A model generated the notes under the pieces. The model worked only from the letters and a program-made list of their open reading frames with translations, was not told the origin of the DNA and ran no database searches. Both the position numbers and the translations under genes were made by a program. Of a stretch of DNA of 64,000 nucleotides, positions 1-12,599 are shown piece after piece (the first letter of the stretch is position 1; each line of letters opens with the position of its first letter). Source of the DNA: Eledone cirrhosa (Eukaryota); assembly GCA_964016885.1 (NCBI GenBank), contig OZ024741.1:39246001-39310000 (forward strand), read 5' to 3'.

Positions 1-137
1 GCTTAAATATAGTCCATGTATATTTTATTTATGAGAATGGTTATATTGTATATATAAGTAATATTATGTGTCTGCGAGTGTGTGTATGTTAGTTGTTAAA
101 ATCCATATATAAATAAATAATTCGCCCTTCTCCCACT

Positions 138-660
<523 letters not shown>

Positions 661-701
661 TTGTATATAGAGCTATACGTGCGCGCGTGCGTATGCGCGC
701 G

Positions 702-775
<74 letters not shown>

Positions 776-1284
776 TGTGTGTTATTATACGTGCGTACGA
801 AGCTAAGGGTGTATGTGTGTGTATATGTATCTAGAAAGGTGTGTGTGTGTGCTTGTAAGTACGAAGCTGTGAGCAAACGTATGTTAATAAAAGCTTGTTT
901 GTGTGTGTGTGTAATATTCGTATGTGTATGTAAGCGTGTGTATCACTAATAGCATATCATGTCATCGTCGTGACATACAGAATGTCTCGGACATTTAAAA
1001 AACATGGCTGAGTAGTTAAGGTGTTCGCTTTCCATCAGTTGCTTTTGGCTACAATCGTGCCCAATCCGGCTTCGTGGTACCTATTCCTTGAAAAGAGGAG
1101 TGTCTTAGTTTTCGCAGAACTTATCTTTATTCCTGCCGCGCAGCACTCGGCAGCAAACCTATCAAGTGCATGTCGTAGATCCTCTTCTTACAAATAAAGT
1201 AGTATCATGTTATCCGCATGCTTATATATACTGCAATAGTGGGTAAGTGCAATCATGCTTTAACCGTTTGCGTGAGGTGGAGGC

Positions 1285-1565
1285 AATGTGAGGTGGAGTT
1301 TGTCATGGATGGATCTGTCTGGAATGGCGCATGTCTGCGCCTCTCCCACCAGATCATGCGCCAATCTCATTGCTAATACCTTGGCCAAAATTTTGAACTC
1401 TCCGTTTAACAGAGTTATGGGCCTGAAGTTGTCTATAACGTCCCTCTTGATCGGGTCTTTTCTCAGCAGCACCATCGCTCTCCGGCTCACAAAGCTGGGA
1501 ATGCTCCTGTCCTGGTGCCAATTGCAGTAGACGTCTTCCAAGAGGTTGCCGAACAAGTCTGACAT
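1285..1565 (-). mobile_element. L1/Tx1-type LINE reverse transcriptase fragment
   Basis: ORF 1260..1565 contains NFRPITLLNGEFKILAKVLAMRL...QTCAIPDRSI, typical of the N-terminal part of L1/Tx1 RT. Confidence 0.8.
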
Positions 1566-2249
1566 CTAGAATTACAATGTATGATTCTCTGTGTTATTTC
1601 AATGCAATTTCATTGGGTCTCTTGGGTTGTGTCCTTCTGTTACATTTACTATATTCAGTTTTAATTAGTGATGACAGCGACTGGACATTGATATGTTGTT
1701 ATATACAAGCGTTTCTGTTTGAGGTGGACGATCACCCGCTGAGGAAGTACTTGAGCGTCTAGTTGTATAATCTCTGCAGGTATAACTAAACTATTGCGTA
1801 AGGTTGCAGTTGTAACAGTTATAATTAGACTCTAGTATAGCAACTATCGATAGTCCAGGTTTATATGATATACACATATCATTATCCATGCGCTGGTGGT
1901 TTTTAATAATAACGAGCTGTGTGCACTCTGAGTTATACGTTTATTTACTTGCAATATAATTGAGTCAGTAAGGAACGGCCGAGACTGCATGGATACATAC
2001 ATGTATGTATGTATGTATATATGTATGTATGTATATATGTATGTATGCATGTATGTATGTATGTATGAATATGTATGTATGTCATCATCATCATCATCAT
2101 CATCATCGTTTAACGTCCATCTTCCACGCTTGCATGGGTTTGGATGGGAGTTTTCCCACTTGAGGCAAGAGTGGTTGTCTTGCTCGCATAAGACTGTCTG
2201 GTGGGTTTTCTACGGCTGGATGCCCTTCCTAACACCAACCACGTTTACA

Positions 2250-2290
<41 letters not shown>

Positions 2291-2295
<5 letters not shown>

Positions 2296-2467
2296 ATCGA
2301 ACCTCTCTTCTTAGAACCCTACTTTCTCCTCTGAGTTCCTGTTCTCCTCCTATCGAACTTTCCTGATGAGGGACTTATGACCGAAACGTTGAAACCTCCT
2401 TCACTTCCACCAAGTGTGAACCTAATACAACTGTACAACTACCTCCTGTGTTTTGTTCGTTCATTTC

Positions 2468-2470
<3 letters not shown>
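2291..2470 (+). mobile_element. Short (TA)n-flanked non-coding element with HHR (PLE 3' end-like)
   Basis: Flanked by (TA)n on both sides and contains the HHR at 2359-2394. Its terminal ~40 nt recur inverted at ~52700-52738. Confidence 0.6.
2359..2394 (+). ncRNA. Minimal type I hammerhead ribozyme
   Basis: tttc-CTGATGA-g-gg-acttatga-cc-GAAA-C-GTT-gaaa. Stem I is tttc/gaaa, stem II is weak, triplet GUU. Confidence 0.7.
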
Positions 2471-2521
<51 letters not shown>

Positions 2522-2534
2522 ATATTTATATATA

Positions 2535-2621
<87 letters not shown>

Positions 2622-2883
2622 GTACATATACATATACATACATTGCATATATAGATGCAAGCATACATACATGAGTACATACATATGTATATATATGTAT
2701 ATATTTATATATATATACGTATATATATAAATGTATATATATATATAAATATATATGTGTGCGTTTGTGGGTGCGTGTAGGTGTATGTTTGTGTCTGTGT
2801 ATGCATGTGTGTGATTGTCTATGGTTGTATGTCTGGATCTGTATGTTTCTGAACTTATTTAGATGCATTCCTATTTCCCTCCC

Positions 2884-4871
2884 AAGGTGGATTGGGTGGA
2901 CCAAAGCCATACGGACCCCCCAAAACCATGATCAGGTAAGAAAAATGGTCGCACATGCAATAGGGGCTAGTATTAAAACTACCCTGAAGGACCACATATT
3001 CAAATTCAACGAGAAGATCTACACCCATAATCAGGGAGCAGCCATTGGCGTCAGCATAGCTGGTGACGTCGCCAAACTTTTTCATGGTATGGTGGGAAAG
3101 GAGACTTAAAGATCTCCTTAATGAGAGCTCCATAGACCTCATCATGTACACTCGTTACGTAGACGATATCAATATAGTTATAAGAACATCCCCACTAGAG
3201 AGTACTAACAAGTTTGATTTAGAACGTAGCACAATGGAAAGCATCCAGCAGATAGCTAATTCCATACACCAGAGTATAACAGTAACTACCGACTACCCTT
3301 CCAAACACCCTAACAATAGACTACCTGTATTAGACACGGAACTCTGGATTAACACTATAGACGAGAGAGCCCAAATTCTCCACTAACACTACGCTATACC
3401 TATGGCCTCCAAATACCTGATACTCAAAATCTCAGCAATGTCCAGTAGTGCTAAGTTTAATATTCTGATCGCAGACTTGGTACGAGTGATGAAGAATGTG
3501 TCCGCGTGTGCGACCCAATAGAAATGGAAAGACACATCCAACACTTCATCAACCGCATGCAGTTCTCTGGCTACAACAAAAGAGACAGAATCAGAGTATA
3601 CGAAGGAGCCACGGAGAAGTATAAGACCCTCATACAACTGAACATGAAAGGAATTTGCCCATTATGCAGGAGCAAATCATGGAATAGCTTAGATAGGACT
3701 AGACATAAGATAGGGAAAGCCACATCATGATACGTCAACCAGAGATACCAGAGGGTCATGTTCGTGGACGCTACCCCTGGAGGGAAATTAGTTAAGCAGT
3801 GTAGAAAGGCCCTGAGAAAAACCCACTTAAAGATTAAGGTGGTAGAAAACCAGGAACCACCATAAAATCCTGATCAGCAAAACCTACCCTTTTAAGAAAA
3901 CCCACTGTACTAATAGGAAATGTATTATATGTAAAGTAAACCCCCGGATAAACTGTAAAACTAGAAACGTAGTCTATAGCATAAGATGTACAGAGGGTAC
4001 TTGCAGAAACATGACAACAACATACATAGGTGAGACAGCTCCTAGCATGGGTGAAAGGATAGACCAACACTGGGGGGAACTAAAAGGACGAAAAAACGGT
4101 TCAGTACTATACGAACACGCCAGACAACAACACGATGGTAACATAGACAACATAGAAGTCAGAATAATATCTAAACATAGAAATTACCCAGCAGTTAGGC
4201 AAATCAGAGAGGCCAGCGAAATAGAACTAGAAGGCCAAAGCTAAACAGAAAAAATGAATGGAATAACAACAACACCCAAACAAACAATACTGACCTAAGA
4301 GAAGTATAAATAAATAAATGAATAAATAAATAAATAAATAAATACATACACAAGCACAATAACAACAAACACATGTAAACACACACTAGTAAACTAAGAT
4401 AGAATACAATAACCAACACACAGTCACCCAAACACGAACACGCATCAAACACTATACACACACGCAAACGCATGCGCAGAGAAGAAGACAAAAATAAATA
4501 AATAAATAAATAAATAAACGGATTAAATAAAGATGGCGTAGATATACAATACAACAGGAGGAAACATAATAGCACCACTAACGATGTTGCAGATGTGCTA
4601 CGAAAGAACTTTGTTAGACTATATATATGTGTTTGTGTCTGTTTATATGTGTAATTTTGACCGTTGGTCAGTCAATGGTAACATTGAGGACCGAATAAAT
4701 TAAATTAACTGATATAAAGACACAGAAGTGAAAACCAACCAGACAGTGAGTGTGTTCTGTTATTATTTCTGGCAATATTATTACACAAATATGACCCTCC
4801 CCAAGTATAACAATATTTGTTTCGGCACACGATTTCATATAAAAAACCTCGCAAAACTAATTCATCGCCGT
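2884..4871 (+). mobile_element. 5'-truncated, frameshifted Penelope-like element (Nematis-like), copy A
   Basis: ORF pieces with GAAIG, YTRYVDD, LPVLD and YIGET motifs, closely similar to ORF 6648..8099. The 3' UTR has a degenerate HHR (4574-4615) and a tail ending catcgccgt-(TA)n. Confidence 0.92.
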
Positions 4872-4890
4872 TATATATATATATATATAA

Positions 4891-5058
4891 GGCGGTGGAT
4901 TGGCAGTATCGGTAGAGGGTCGGACGCCATGCTTTCCAGCATAGTTACGTCCCTTTACGATCTGAGTTCAAATTGCCTGTCATCCTTACGGGGTCGATAA
5001 AATAAAGTACCAGTAATGCACTGGGTAATTGCTGGCCTTGTGCCTAAAGTAGAAACAG

Positions 5059-5060
<2 letters not shown>
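4891..5060 (+). mobile_element. tRNA-head SINE with Meta-like central domain (internally deleted copy)
   Basis: A box TGGCAGTATCGG, B box GAGTTCAAAT, then catccttacggggtcgataaaataaagtaccag. Multi-copy in this window. Confidence 0.8.
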
Positions 5061-5101
<41 letters not shown>

Positions 5102-5106
<5 letters not shown>

Positions 5107-6019
5107 ATAATAATAAAATTGAAGACTAAAATCCAAAGAGGGCTCGATAAGGATAAATATATATCAAATATATAAGAACCGTAGAGCAAATATTTTTTAA
5201 AATAACAGATTAAAGTTTAAGCAAAGAATCGCTGCTTTCACCCTTAACGGGATCTTCTGAAACTAACAAAGTCAATCTGTAAACGCAGAACTGGATATTT
5301 CAAAAAACGTTGCAACCGGAGGAAGACAGGAAGACGATACTTTGGTTCGTGATAACGTTCGCTGGCAAAGAACGGGAAAAAACGAATAATACGTCATTAA
5401 TAGGAGAGGTGAAAAACAATTGCGCGCAAAGACAGAACCACGTTCATGGTATAAAACAGGTCGTAGACTAATGTTCTCTTAGGTGGTGCATAGAGACGTT
5501 CTCTGGCAATGAACGAAAAAACGAAGATAATAAGTCATATGTGGAGCGGGGAGAACAATAGCACGCAAAGACAAAACCACGTAAATGGTATAGCAGAAGT
5601 CGTAGAATAAAATTCTAATTAGGAGACCGAATGAATCTCCGCTACAGAGTTAAGAACAAAGTAAATAAATACAATACAGAAGTAATAGGAATAAATAAAT
5701 ACATACATTGCCAGAGAACGTCTCTATGCACCACCTAAGAGAACATTAGTCTACGACCTCTTTCATACCATAAACGTGGTTCTGTCTTTGCGCGTAATTG
5801 TTTTTCACCGCTCCTATTAATGACGTATTATTCGTTATTTCCCGTTCTTTGCCAGCGAACGTTTCCACGAACCAAAGTATCGTCTTCCTGTCTTCCTCCG
5901 GTTGCAACGCTTTTTGAAATATCCAGTTCTGCGTTTACAGATTGACTTTGTTAGTTTCAGAAGATCCCGTTAAGGGTGAAAGCAGCGATTCTTTGCTTAA
6001 ACTTTAATCTGTTATTTTA

Positions 6020-6022
<3 letters not shown>
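5102..6022. mobile_element. Fold-back non-coding element in (TA)n, HHR-variant family
   Basis: Arms at ~5196-5510 and ~5708-6022 are inverted repeats. A ~95-nt tail (5102-5195) is on one side only. Internal ~110-nt degenerate tandem repeats. Same family at 11567-12572 and 17098-17475. Confidence 0.8.
5953..6003 (+). ncRNA. Hammerhead-like motif with CAGAAGA (U4A) core
   Basis: agttt-CAGAAGA-t-ccc-gttaa-ggg-t-GAAA-gca-gcgattctt-tgc-TT-aaact. Copies at 5214-5264(-), ~11585-11634(-), 12409-12459(+) and 17116-17166(-). Confidence 0.55.
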
Positions 6023-6114
<92 letters not shown>

Positions 6115-6118
<4 letters not shown>

Positions 6119-8508
6119 TACTTGGGGAGGGTCATATTTGCGTAATATTGCCAGAATTAATAACTGAACACACTCACTGTTTGGTTGGTTTTCGCTTCTC
6201 GCTGTCTTTTATATCTGCGATCTAACTTACTCGGTCCTCAATGCTGCCATTGACTGACCGACGGTCAAAAATAATACAGATACAATATAGACACAAACAC
6301 ATATATATAGTTTACATAATTTACATAAATCTTTCGTTGCACATCTGCAACATCGTCAGTGGTGTTATATTCTTTGTTCCTCCTGTTGTGTTGTATGTCT
6401 ACGCCATTTTTTTTTTTTAATTCAGTCTGTCTATATATTTATTTATTTATTTGCTTGTTTGTTTATCTTATTTTATTTTGTCTTCTTTGCGCATGCGTTT
6501 GCGTGTGTGTATAGTGTTATGTGTGCTGTGTGACTAGTGTGTATAGTGTTGTGTCTGCTGGGTGACTAGTGTGTGTTTATGTGCTTGTTGTTATTGTGCT
6601 TGTGTATGTATTTATTTATCTTATTTTATTTTATTTTATTTACTTATTTATACTTCTCTTAGGTCAGTGTTGTTTGTTTGGGTGTTGTTGTTGTTCCACT
6701 CATTCTTTCTGTTTAGCTTTGGTCTTCTAATTTCTATTTCACTGGCCTCTCTGATTTGCCTATCTGCTGGGTCATTACTATGTTTAGATATTATTCTAAT
6801 TTTTATGTTGTCTATGTTACCGTCATGTTGTTGTCTAGCATGTTCGTATAGTACTGACCCGTTTTTTCGTCCTTTTAGTTCCCCCCAGTGTTGGTCTATC
6901 CTTTCACCTATGCTACGAGCTGTCTCACCTATGTATGTTGTTGTCATGTTTCTGCAAGTACCCTCTGTACATCTTATGCTATAGACTACGTTTCTAGTTT
7001 TACAGTTTATCCGGGGGTTCACCTTACATATGATACATTTCCTATTGGTACAGTGGGTTTTCTTAAAAGGGTAGGTTTTGCTGATCAGGGATTTTATGGT
7101 GGCTCCTGGCTTTTCTACCACCTTTATTTTTAAGTGGGTCTTTCTCAGGGCCTTTCTACACTGGTTAGCTAATTTCCCTCCAGGGGTGGCGTCCACAAAC
7201 ATGACACTCTGATATCTCTGGTTGTCGTACCATGATGTGGCCTTTCCTATCTTATGTCTAGCCCTATCTAAGCTATTCCATGATTTGCTCCTGTATAGTG
7301 GGCAAATTCCTTTCATGTCCAGTTCTATGAGGGTCTCATACTTTTCCATGGCTCCTTCGTATACTCTGACCCTGTCTCTTTGGTTGTAGCCAGAGAACTG
7401 CATGCGGTTGATGAAGTGTTGGATGTGTCTTTCCATTTCTGTTGGGTCGCACATGCTAGACACATTCTTCATCACTCGTACCAAATCCGCGATCAGAATA
7501 TTAAACTTAGCACTACTGGACATTGCTGAGTTTTTTAGTATCAGGTATTTGGAGGCCATGGGTTTAGCATAGTATGAGTGGAGAATTTGAGCTCTCTCGT
7601 CTATAGTGTTAATCCAGAGTTCTGTGTCTAATACAGGTAGTCTATTGTTAGGGTGTTTGGAAGGGAAGTCGATAGTTACAGTTATACTCTGGTGTATGGA
7701 ATTAGCTATCTGCTGGATGCTTTCCATCGTGCTACGTTCTAAATCAAACTTGTTAGTGCTCTCTAGTGGGGGTGTTCTTATAACTATATTGATATCGTCT
7801 ACATAACGAGAGTACATGATGAGGTCTATGGAGCTTTCATTAAGGAGATCTTTAAGTCTCCTTTCCCACCATACCATGAAAAAGTTGGCAACATCACCAG
7901 CTATGCTGACGCCGATGGCTGCTCCCTCATTTTGGGTGTAGATTTTCTCATTGAACTTAAATATGTGGCCCTTTAGGGTAGTTTTGATACTAGCCCCTAT
8001 TGCATGTGTGACCATTTTTCTTACCTGATCAGTGTTTTGGGGGGTCCGTATAGCTTTGGTCCACCCAATCCACCTTCCTATGGGAGTCTTTTTAGCCATT
8101 GAGGTTATGGTGGGGGTCTACGTCTTATAGGTCTACTAGGGCAGAAACATCTAAGGTCATGGCTGTCTCGGTAGTCATTGTCGTAGGTAAGTCTATGTAG
8201 GAGGCCCAGTTCGTCTGTGTCGACGTCGCAGAACTCCACCTCACTCTCAATGATCATCTCCACACATCTTTTCACAGAAAAATCAATGTTAATGGATGGG
8301 TACAGTGACACCACATCCATGCTGCCTATTATGCAGTTGGATAGGCTCCTGTTTTTGTTGCACTCACTGATTCTGCTGAGGAGGTCCTCTGTACTTTCAC
8401 ATACATCTGGGGAGATCTTGATTATGGGGCGTATAACCATTGAGAGGAAGTAGGAAATCCTGTAGTTGCTAGCTATATTAGCTCCGCATACGAGTCTTGT
8501 TGGTGGTC

Positions 8509-8510
<2 letters not shown>
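6115..8510 (-). mobile_element. 5'-truncated Penelope-like element (Nematis-like), copy B
   Basis: RT-GIY-YIG coding sequence plus a 3' UTR homologous to copy A. HHR core CTGACGA-t-gttgca/tgcaac-GAAA at ~6325-6363. Both ends lie in (TA)n. Confidence 0.95.
6648..8099 (-). CDS. PLE reverse transcriptase (C-terminal part) plus GIY-YIG endonuclease, 483 aa; continues upstream in another frame (8105-8510)
   Basis: QNEGAAIG, YSRYVDD, LPVLD, a Cys-rich linker, VVYSIRC...YIGET, and His and LN motifs. The upstream frame has SMDVVSLYPSI. Confidence 0.9.
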   Translation of the reverse strand: MAKKTPIGRWIGWTKAIRTPQNTDQVRKMVTHAIGASIKTTLKGHIFKFNEKIYTQNEGAAIGVSIAGDVANFFMVWWERRLKDLLNESSIDLIMYSRYVDDINIVIRTPPLESTNKFDLERSTMESIQQIANSIHQSITVTIDFPSKHPNNRLPVLDTELWINTIDERAQILHSYYAKPMASKYLILKNSAMSSSAKFNILIADLVRVMKNVSSMCDPTEMERHIQHFINRMQFSGYNQRDRVRVYEGAMEKYETLIELDMKGICPLYRSKSWNSLDRARHKIGKATSWYDNQRYQSVMFVDATPGGKLANQCRKALRKTHLKIKVVEKPGATIKSLISKTYPFKKTHCTNRKCIICKVNPRINCKTRNVVYSIRCTEGTCRNMTTTYIGETARSIGERIDQHWGELKGRKNGSVLYEHARQQHDGNIDNIKIRIISKHSNDPADRQIREASEIEIRRPKLNRKNEWNNNNTQTNNTDLREV

Positions 8511-8597
<87 letters not shown>

Positions 8598-8600
<3 letters not shown>

Positions 8601-8717
8601 GAAAACGTATGACCACGAAGGGTCATATTTTTTCCCATTTCCCACTCTACTACCCTAAGTATTGAGTACTCTGGTGCGTTATGGTCCATTTGGTTCCTTA
8701 CCACAATTCCTTTGTTA
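8598..8717 (+). repeat. Family-T PLE tail remnant with short fold-back
   Basis: cccactctactaccctaagtattgagtactctggtgcgttatggtcc...gt-(TA)n, homologous to 22107-22218. Confidence 0.75.
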
Positions 8718-8729
8718 TATATATATACA

Positions 8730-8909
8730 AATAGAAGTTCAGCATAATCGAAACTTTGGCACCAGCTATGCTAACGAATGCAATCGGAATTTACAGCTAA
8801 GCACTCAATAAGGTATTTTACCTTAGCTTTAGACAGCTTGGCAAATTGAAGATTGCGACCGGTAAGCCAGCCACAAGGACCAAAGCAACGTGAAAACCGA
8901 CTCAGGATA

Positions 8910-8910
<1 letters not shown>
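8730..8910. repeat. Unclassified (TA)n-flanked short repeat, related to 29330-29530
   Basis: Shared blocks (aatcgaa.ctttggc, aagcactcaataag, agcttg..aaattgaa.attgcg, tcagg.taat) in the same order in both copies. Confidence 0.55.
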
Positions 8911-8953
<43 letters not shown>

Positions 8954-10332
8954 CGAGATATTGAATCAAATTATTTTGTCCAGGACAAGGTGAAGGGCAG
9001 CAAACAACTATACGTATCATTGAACAGCTACTCTCTGGGATATACCTGCAAGTTGTCAGTATATACGGAGAATTACTCTTTATATTATCATCAATATATA
9101 ATTTATTAAGGGTACATTCATGTGTGTGCCGTAATTATTTAAGCCAATCAGTTTGTTATTGTCTGAAAAACACATGGACGTGTTTGGGTATGCTATTTTT
9201 AATGTTGTTAATTACTTGTGCAAAATATTTCTTATATTTGACGAAATTATAAAAAAGATTCAATTGTCATTACGATAACAGAATCAAAGGATTCAGTTTC
9301 TTTGGTGTATGAAGGAAATTTACGACATCTGAAGGCGGACATATTTTCCTTTGTGATATCCGTATAATTTCTATTGAATACGTTTCTATCGAATACAAAT
9401 ATGAAATTTGATAGTGTTAATAATTATAAAATTGATTGGTCTGTTAGGGAATACATGTCTCTATACGATAATAGATCCAGAAAATGCAATATTTGTCTCA
9501 GGAAGAAGTATGACATTATATTGAGGCATTTTGAAATATGCAAAGGATAGAAACGAAGGATAGAGATTGGGGAAATTTTGTGGGCATCTACTATTTTCAA
9601 TTACTAACTTTACAAGCAAATTTTAATTCTTGTATCGATTTACTATACATATTCTAGGATAAGTTGCATCAAAATTATAAACTTATTCATTAAAACTAAA
9701 AATCTATCGAGAGCTGCTTCTGGAAATATCGTGCATTTTCGCTATTGAATATAATGACACATATTGTTTTATATGGCAATGAACATATGAAAATAGGATG
9801 TAATACATAACGCTTATATTTGACACGGCAACTAATCAAATCTTGATGTACGGTTAACTAATGATATCTCGATGATATTTGTAAATATTTTTCTTACATA
9901 TTTTCATGCTTCCATCTTTCGTAAATTGTTTCGACAACCAGGAACATAAAAAGATTCATGAAGCTTCAGGTTTAAATGCATACACACACACACACATACG
10001 CACGCGCACACACACACACATATATATATATGTGTATATATATATATATGGAAAGAGATCGATGTATAATATAACGATCATGCCGCTCTGTGATCGGTCA
10101 ATGAGAGAATTGAAGCTAAAATTCTAAGATCTCAGCGTACACTGACAATATCATAGGAAGCAACATATCTACTATTTTGGAGAGAACAATATAATCAGGT
10201 TAAATAAAACTAGACAGAATAAGTATTATACTTACATAGCCACTAAGTTTTATAGGGTAGCATTTCATGCCAGTAAAAATCATCAACATTTACCATTGAT
10301 TAACATCGTCAAATGGTGAAGCCAAGAACACT

Positions 10333-10423
<91 letters not shown>

Positions 10424-10426
<3 letters not shown>

Positions 10427-10621
10427 CGAAGGAAATCTCGTAAGGAACCAGGTGGACCATAACGCACCAAAGTACTCAATACTTAGAGTAGTAGAGTGGG
10501 TAATAGGAACGAGTAAGACCGCGACGGCTGAGCTCAAGCCGTTTCGACGGCTAATTCTGGACTAAAAAGAATTAGACGTCGAAACGGCTTGAGCTCAGCC
10601 GTCGGGGTCCTACTCGTTCCT
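10424..10621. mobile_element. Family-T fold-back element (tail plus HHR half, inverted) in (TA)n
   Basis: An ~80-nt tail followed by the hairpin aggaacgagtaagacc...gagctcaagccgtttcgac / gtcgaaacggcttgagctc...ggtcctactcgttcct. Confidence 0.85.
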
Positions 10622-10721
10622 ATATATATATATATATATATTTCAAAAGTATAGATCTCCAGTTAAAGTTTGATAAGTTGTTTTAGATATATGTGTCAAT
10701 CGATACTTTATATATATATAT

Positions 10722-11002
10722 ATTTGTTAAGTATTTGTGAAGAAAACGCAAAGGAAAAAAGAGTGCTCTATGTATAGAACAGAGCTATTTAATTAGAAAG
10801 TGAACAACACAATATATAACTACTCCATTACCAAAGGTTTCAGGACGCTAGACAATATTAACATATGTCTAGGTCGCTCAATAGACAGAACTATTTCATT
10901 CAAAACTGACTGATGAGCGAACTAGACGTATATTCATATTGTCTAGGGTCCTGAAACATTTGGTAATGGAGTAGTTATATATTGTGTTGTTCACTTTCTA
11001 AT
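10722..11002. mobile_element. Fold-back element with two inverted HHR copies (GUA family)
   Basis: Inverted repeat 10791-10890 / 10904-11002 with a tail on the left. HHR 10904-10971(+) reads CTGATGA...GAAAC-attt-GGTA-atggag. Homologous to 54732-55022. Confidence 0.75.
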
Positions 11003-11164
<162 letters not shown>

Positions 11165-11167
11165 TAT

Positions 11168-11362
11168 AACGGCGATGAATTAGTTTTGCGAGGTTTTTGA
11201 TATGACCGTTGGTCAGTCAATGGTAACATTGAGGCCCGAATAAATTAAATTAACCGATATAAAAGACACAGAAGCGAAAACCAACCAAACAGTGAGTGTG
11301 TTCTGCTATTAATTCTGGCAATATTATTACACAAATATGACCATCCCCAAGTATAACAATAT
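11168..11362 (+). mobile_element. Extremely truncated Nematis-like PLE: inverted tail plus 3' end
   Basis: 11168-11198 is the reverse complement of the copy-A tail (~4842-4872). It is followed by a sense copy of ~4658-4813 ending caagtataaca-(TA)n. Confidence 0.85.
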
Positions 11363-11526
11363 ATATATATATACTACAATATATATAACAATATATATAT
11401 ATATTAACGTATGTTGATGACATAAGGACAGACACTGGTCTGTTGGAGACGCAGGATATGGCAGCGATAATGAGGGACAGAGACCGCTGGAGAGAACTCG
11501 CCCATGGATCCCGGGAATTTTACCCG

Positions 11527-11566
<40 letters not shown>

Positions 11567-11573
<7 letters not shown>

Positions 11574-12572
11574 TAACAGATTAAATTTTAAGCAAACATC
11601 GCTGCTTTCACCCTTAACGGAATCTTCTGAAACTAACAAAGTTAATCTGTGAACGCAGAAGTGAATATCTCAAAAAACGTTGCAACCGGAGGAAGACAGG
11701 AAGACGATACTTTGGTTCGTGGAAACGTTCCCTGGCAAAGAACGGGAAAAAACGAATATAATACGTCATTATTTGGAGCGGTGAAAAACAATTACACGCA
11801 AAGACAAAACCACGTTTATGGTATAAAAGAAGCTGTAGACTAATATTCTATTAGGTGGTTCATAGAGACGTTGTCTGGCAATGAACGGAAAAACGAAGAT
11901 AATGCGTCATATGTGGAGCGGGGAGAACAATTGCACGCAAAGACAAAACCACGTAAATGGTATAACTGAAGTCGTAGACTAAAATTCTGATGTATTTATG
12001 TATTTTATTTACTTTATTCTTAACTCTGAAGCCGAGAATCATTCTGTTTCCTAGTTAGAATTTTAGTCTACGACTTCAGTTATACCATTTACGTGGTTTT
12101 GTCTTTGCGTGCAATTGTTCTCCCCGCTCCACATATGACGTATACCTTCGTTTTTTCCGTTCATTGCCAGAGAACGTCCCTATGAACCACCTAATAGAAT
12201 ATTAGTCTAAAACTTCTTTTATACCATAAACGTGGTTCTGTCTTTGCGTGTAATTGTTTTTCACCGCTCCTATTAATGACGTATTATTCGTTTTTTCCCG
12301 TTCTTTGCCAGGGAACGTTTCCCCGAACCAAAGTATCGTCTTCCTGTCTTCCTCCGGTTGCAACGTTTTTTGAAATATTCACTTCTGCGTTCACAGATTG
12401 ACTTTGTTAGTTTCAGAAAATCCCGTTAAGGGTGAAAGCAGCGATTCTTTGCTTAAACTTTAATCTGTTATTTTAATAAATATTTGCTCTACGGTTCTTA
12501 TATATTTGATATATATTTATCCTTATCGAGCCCTCTTTGGATTTTAGTCTTCAAATTTATTATTATTACTAT
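11567..12572. mobile_element. Fold-back element of the 5102-6022 family
   Basis: Inverted arms of about 420 bp (11567-~11990 and ~12056-12476) and a tail (12477-12572) on the right only. (TA)n-flanked. Confidence 0.85.
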
Positions 12573-12599
12573 ATATATATAAATATATATATAAATATA

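Noticed and set aside
4891-5060. tRNA gene
   Set aside because: The A and B boxes belong to a multi-copy SINE head, and no cloverleaf is evident.
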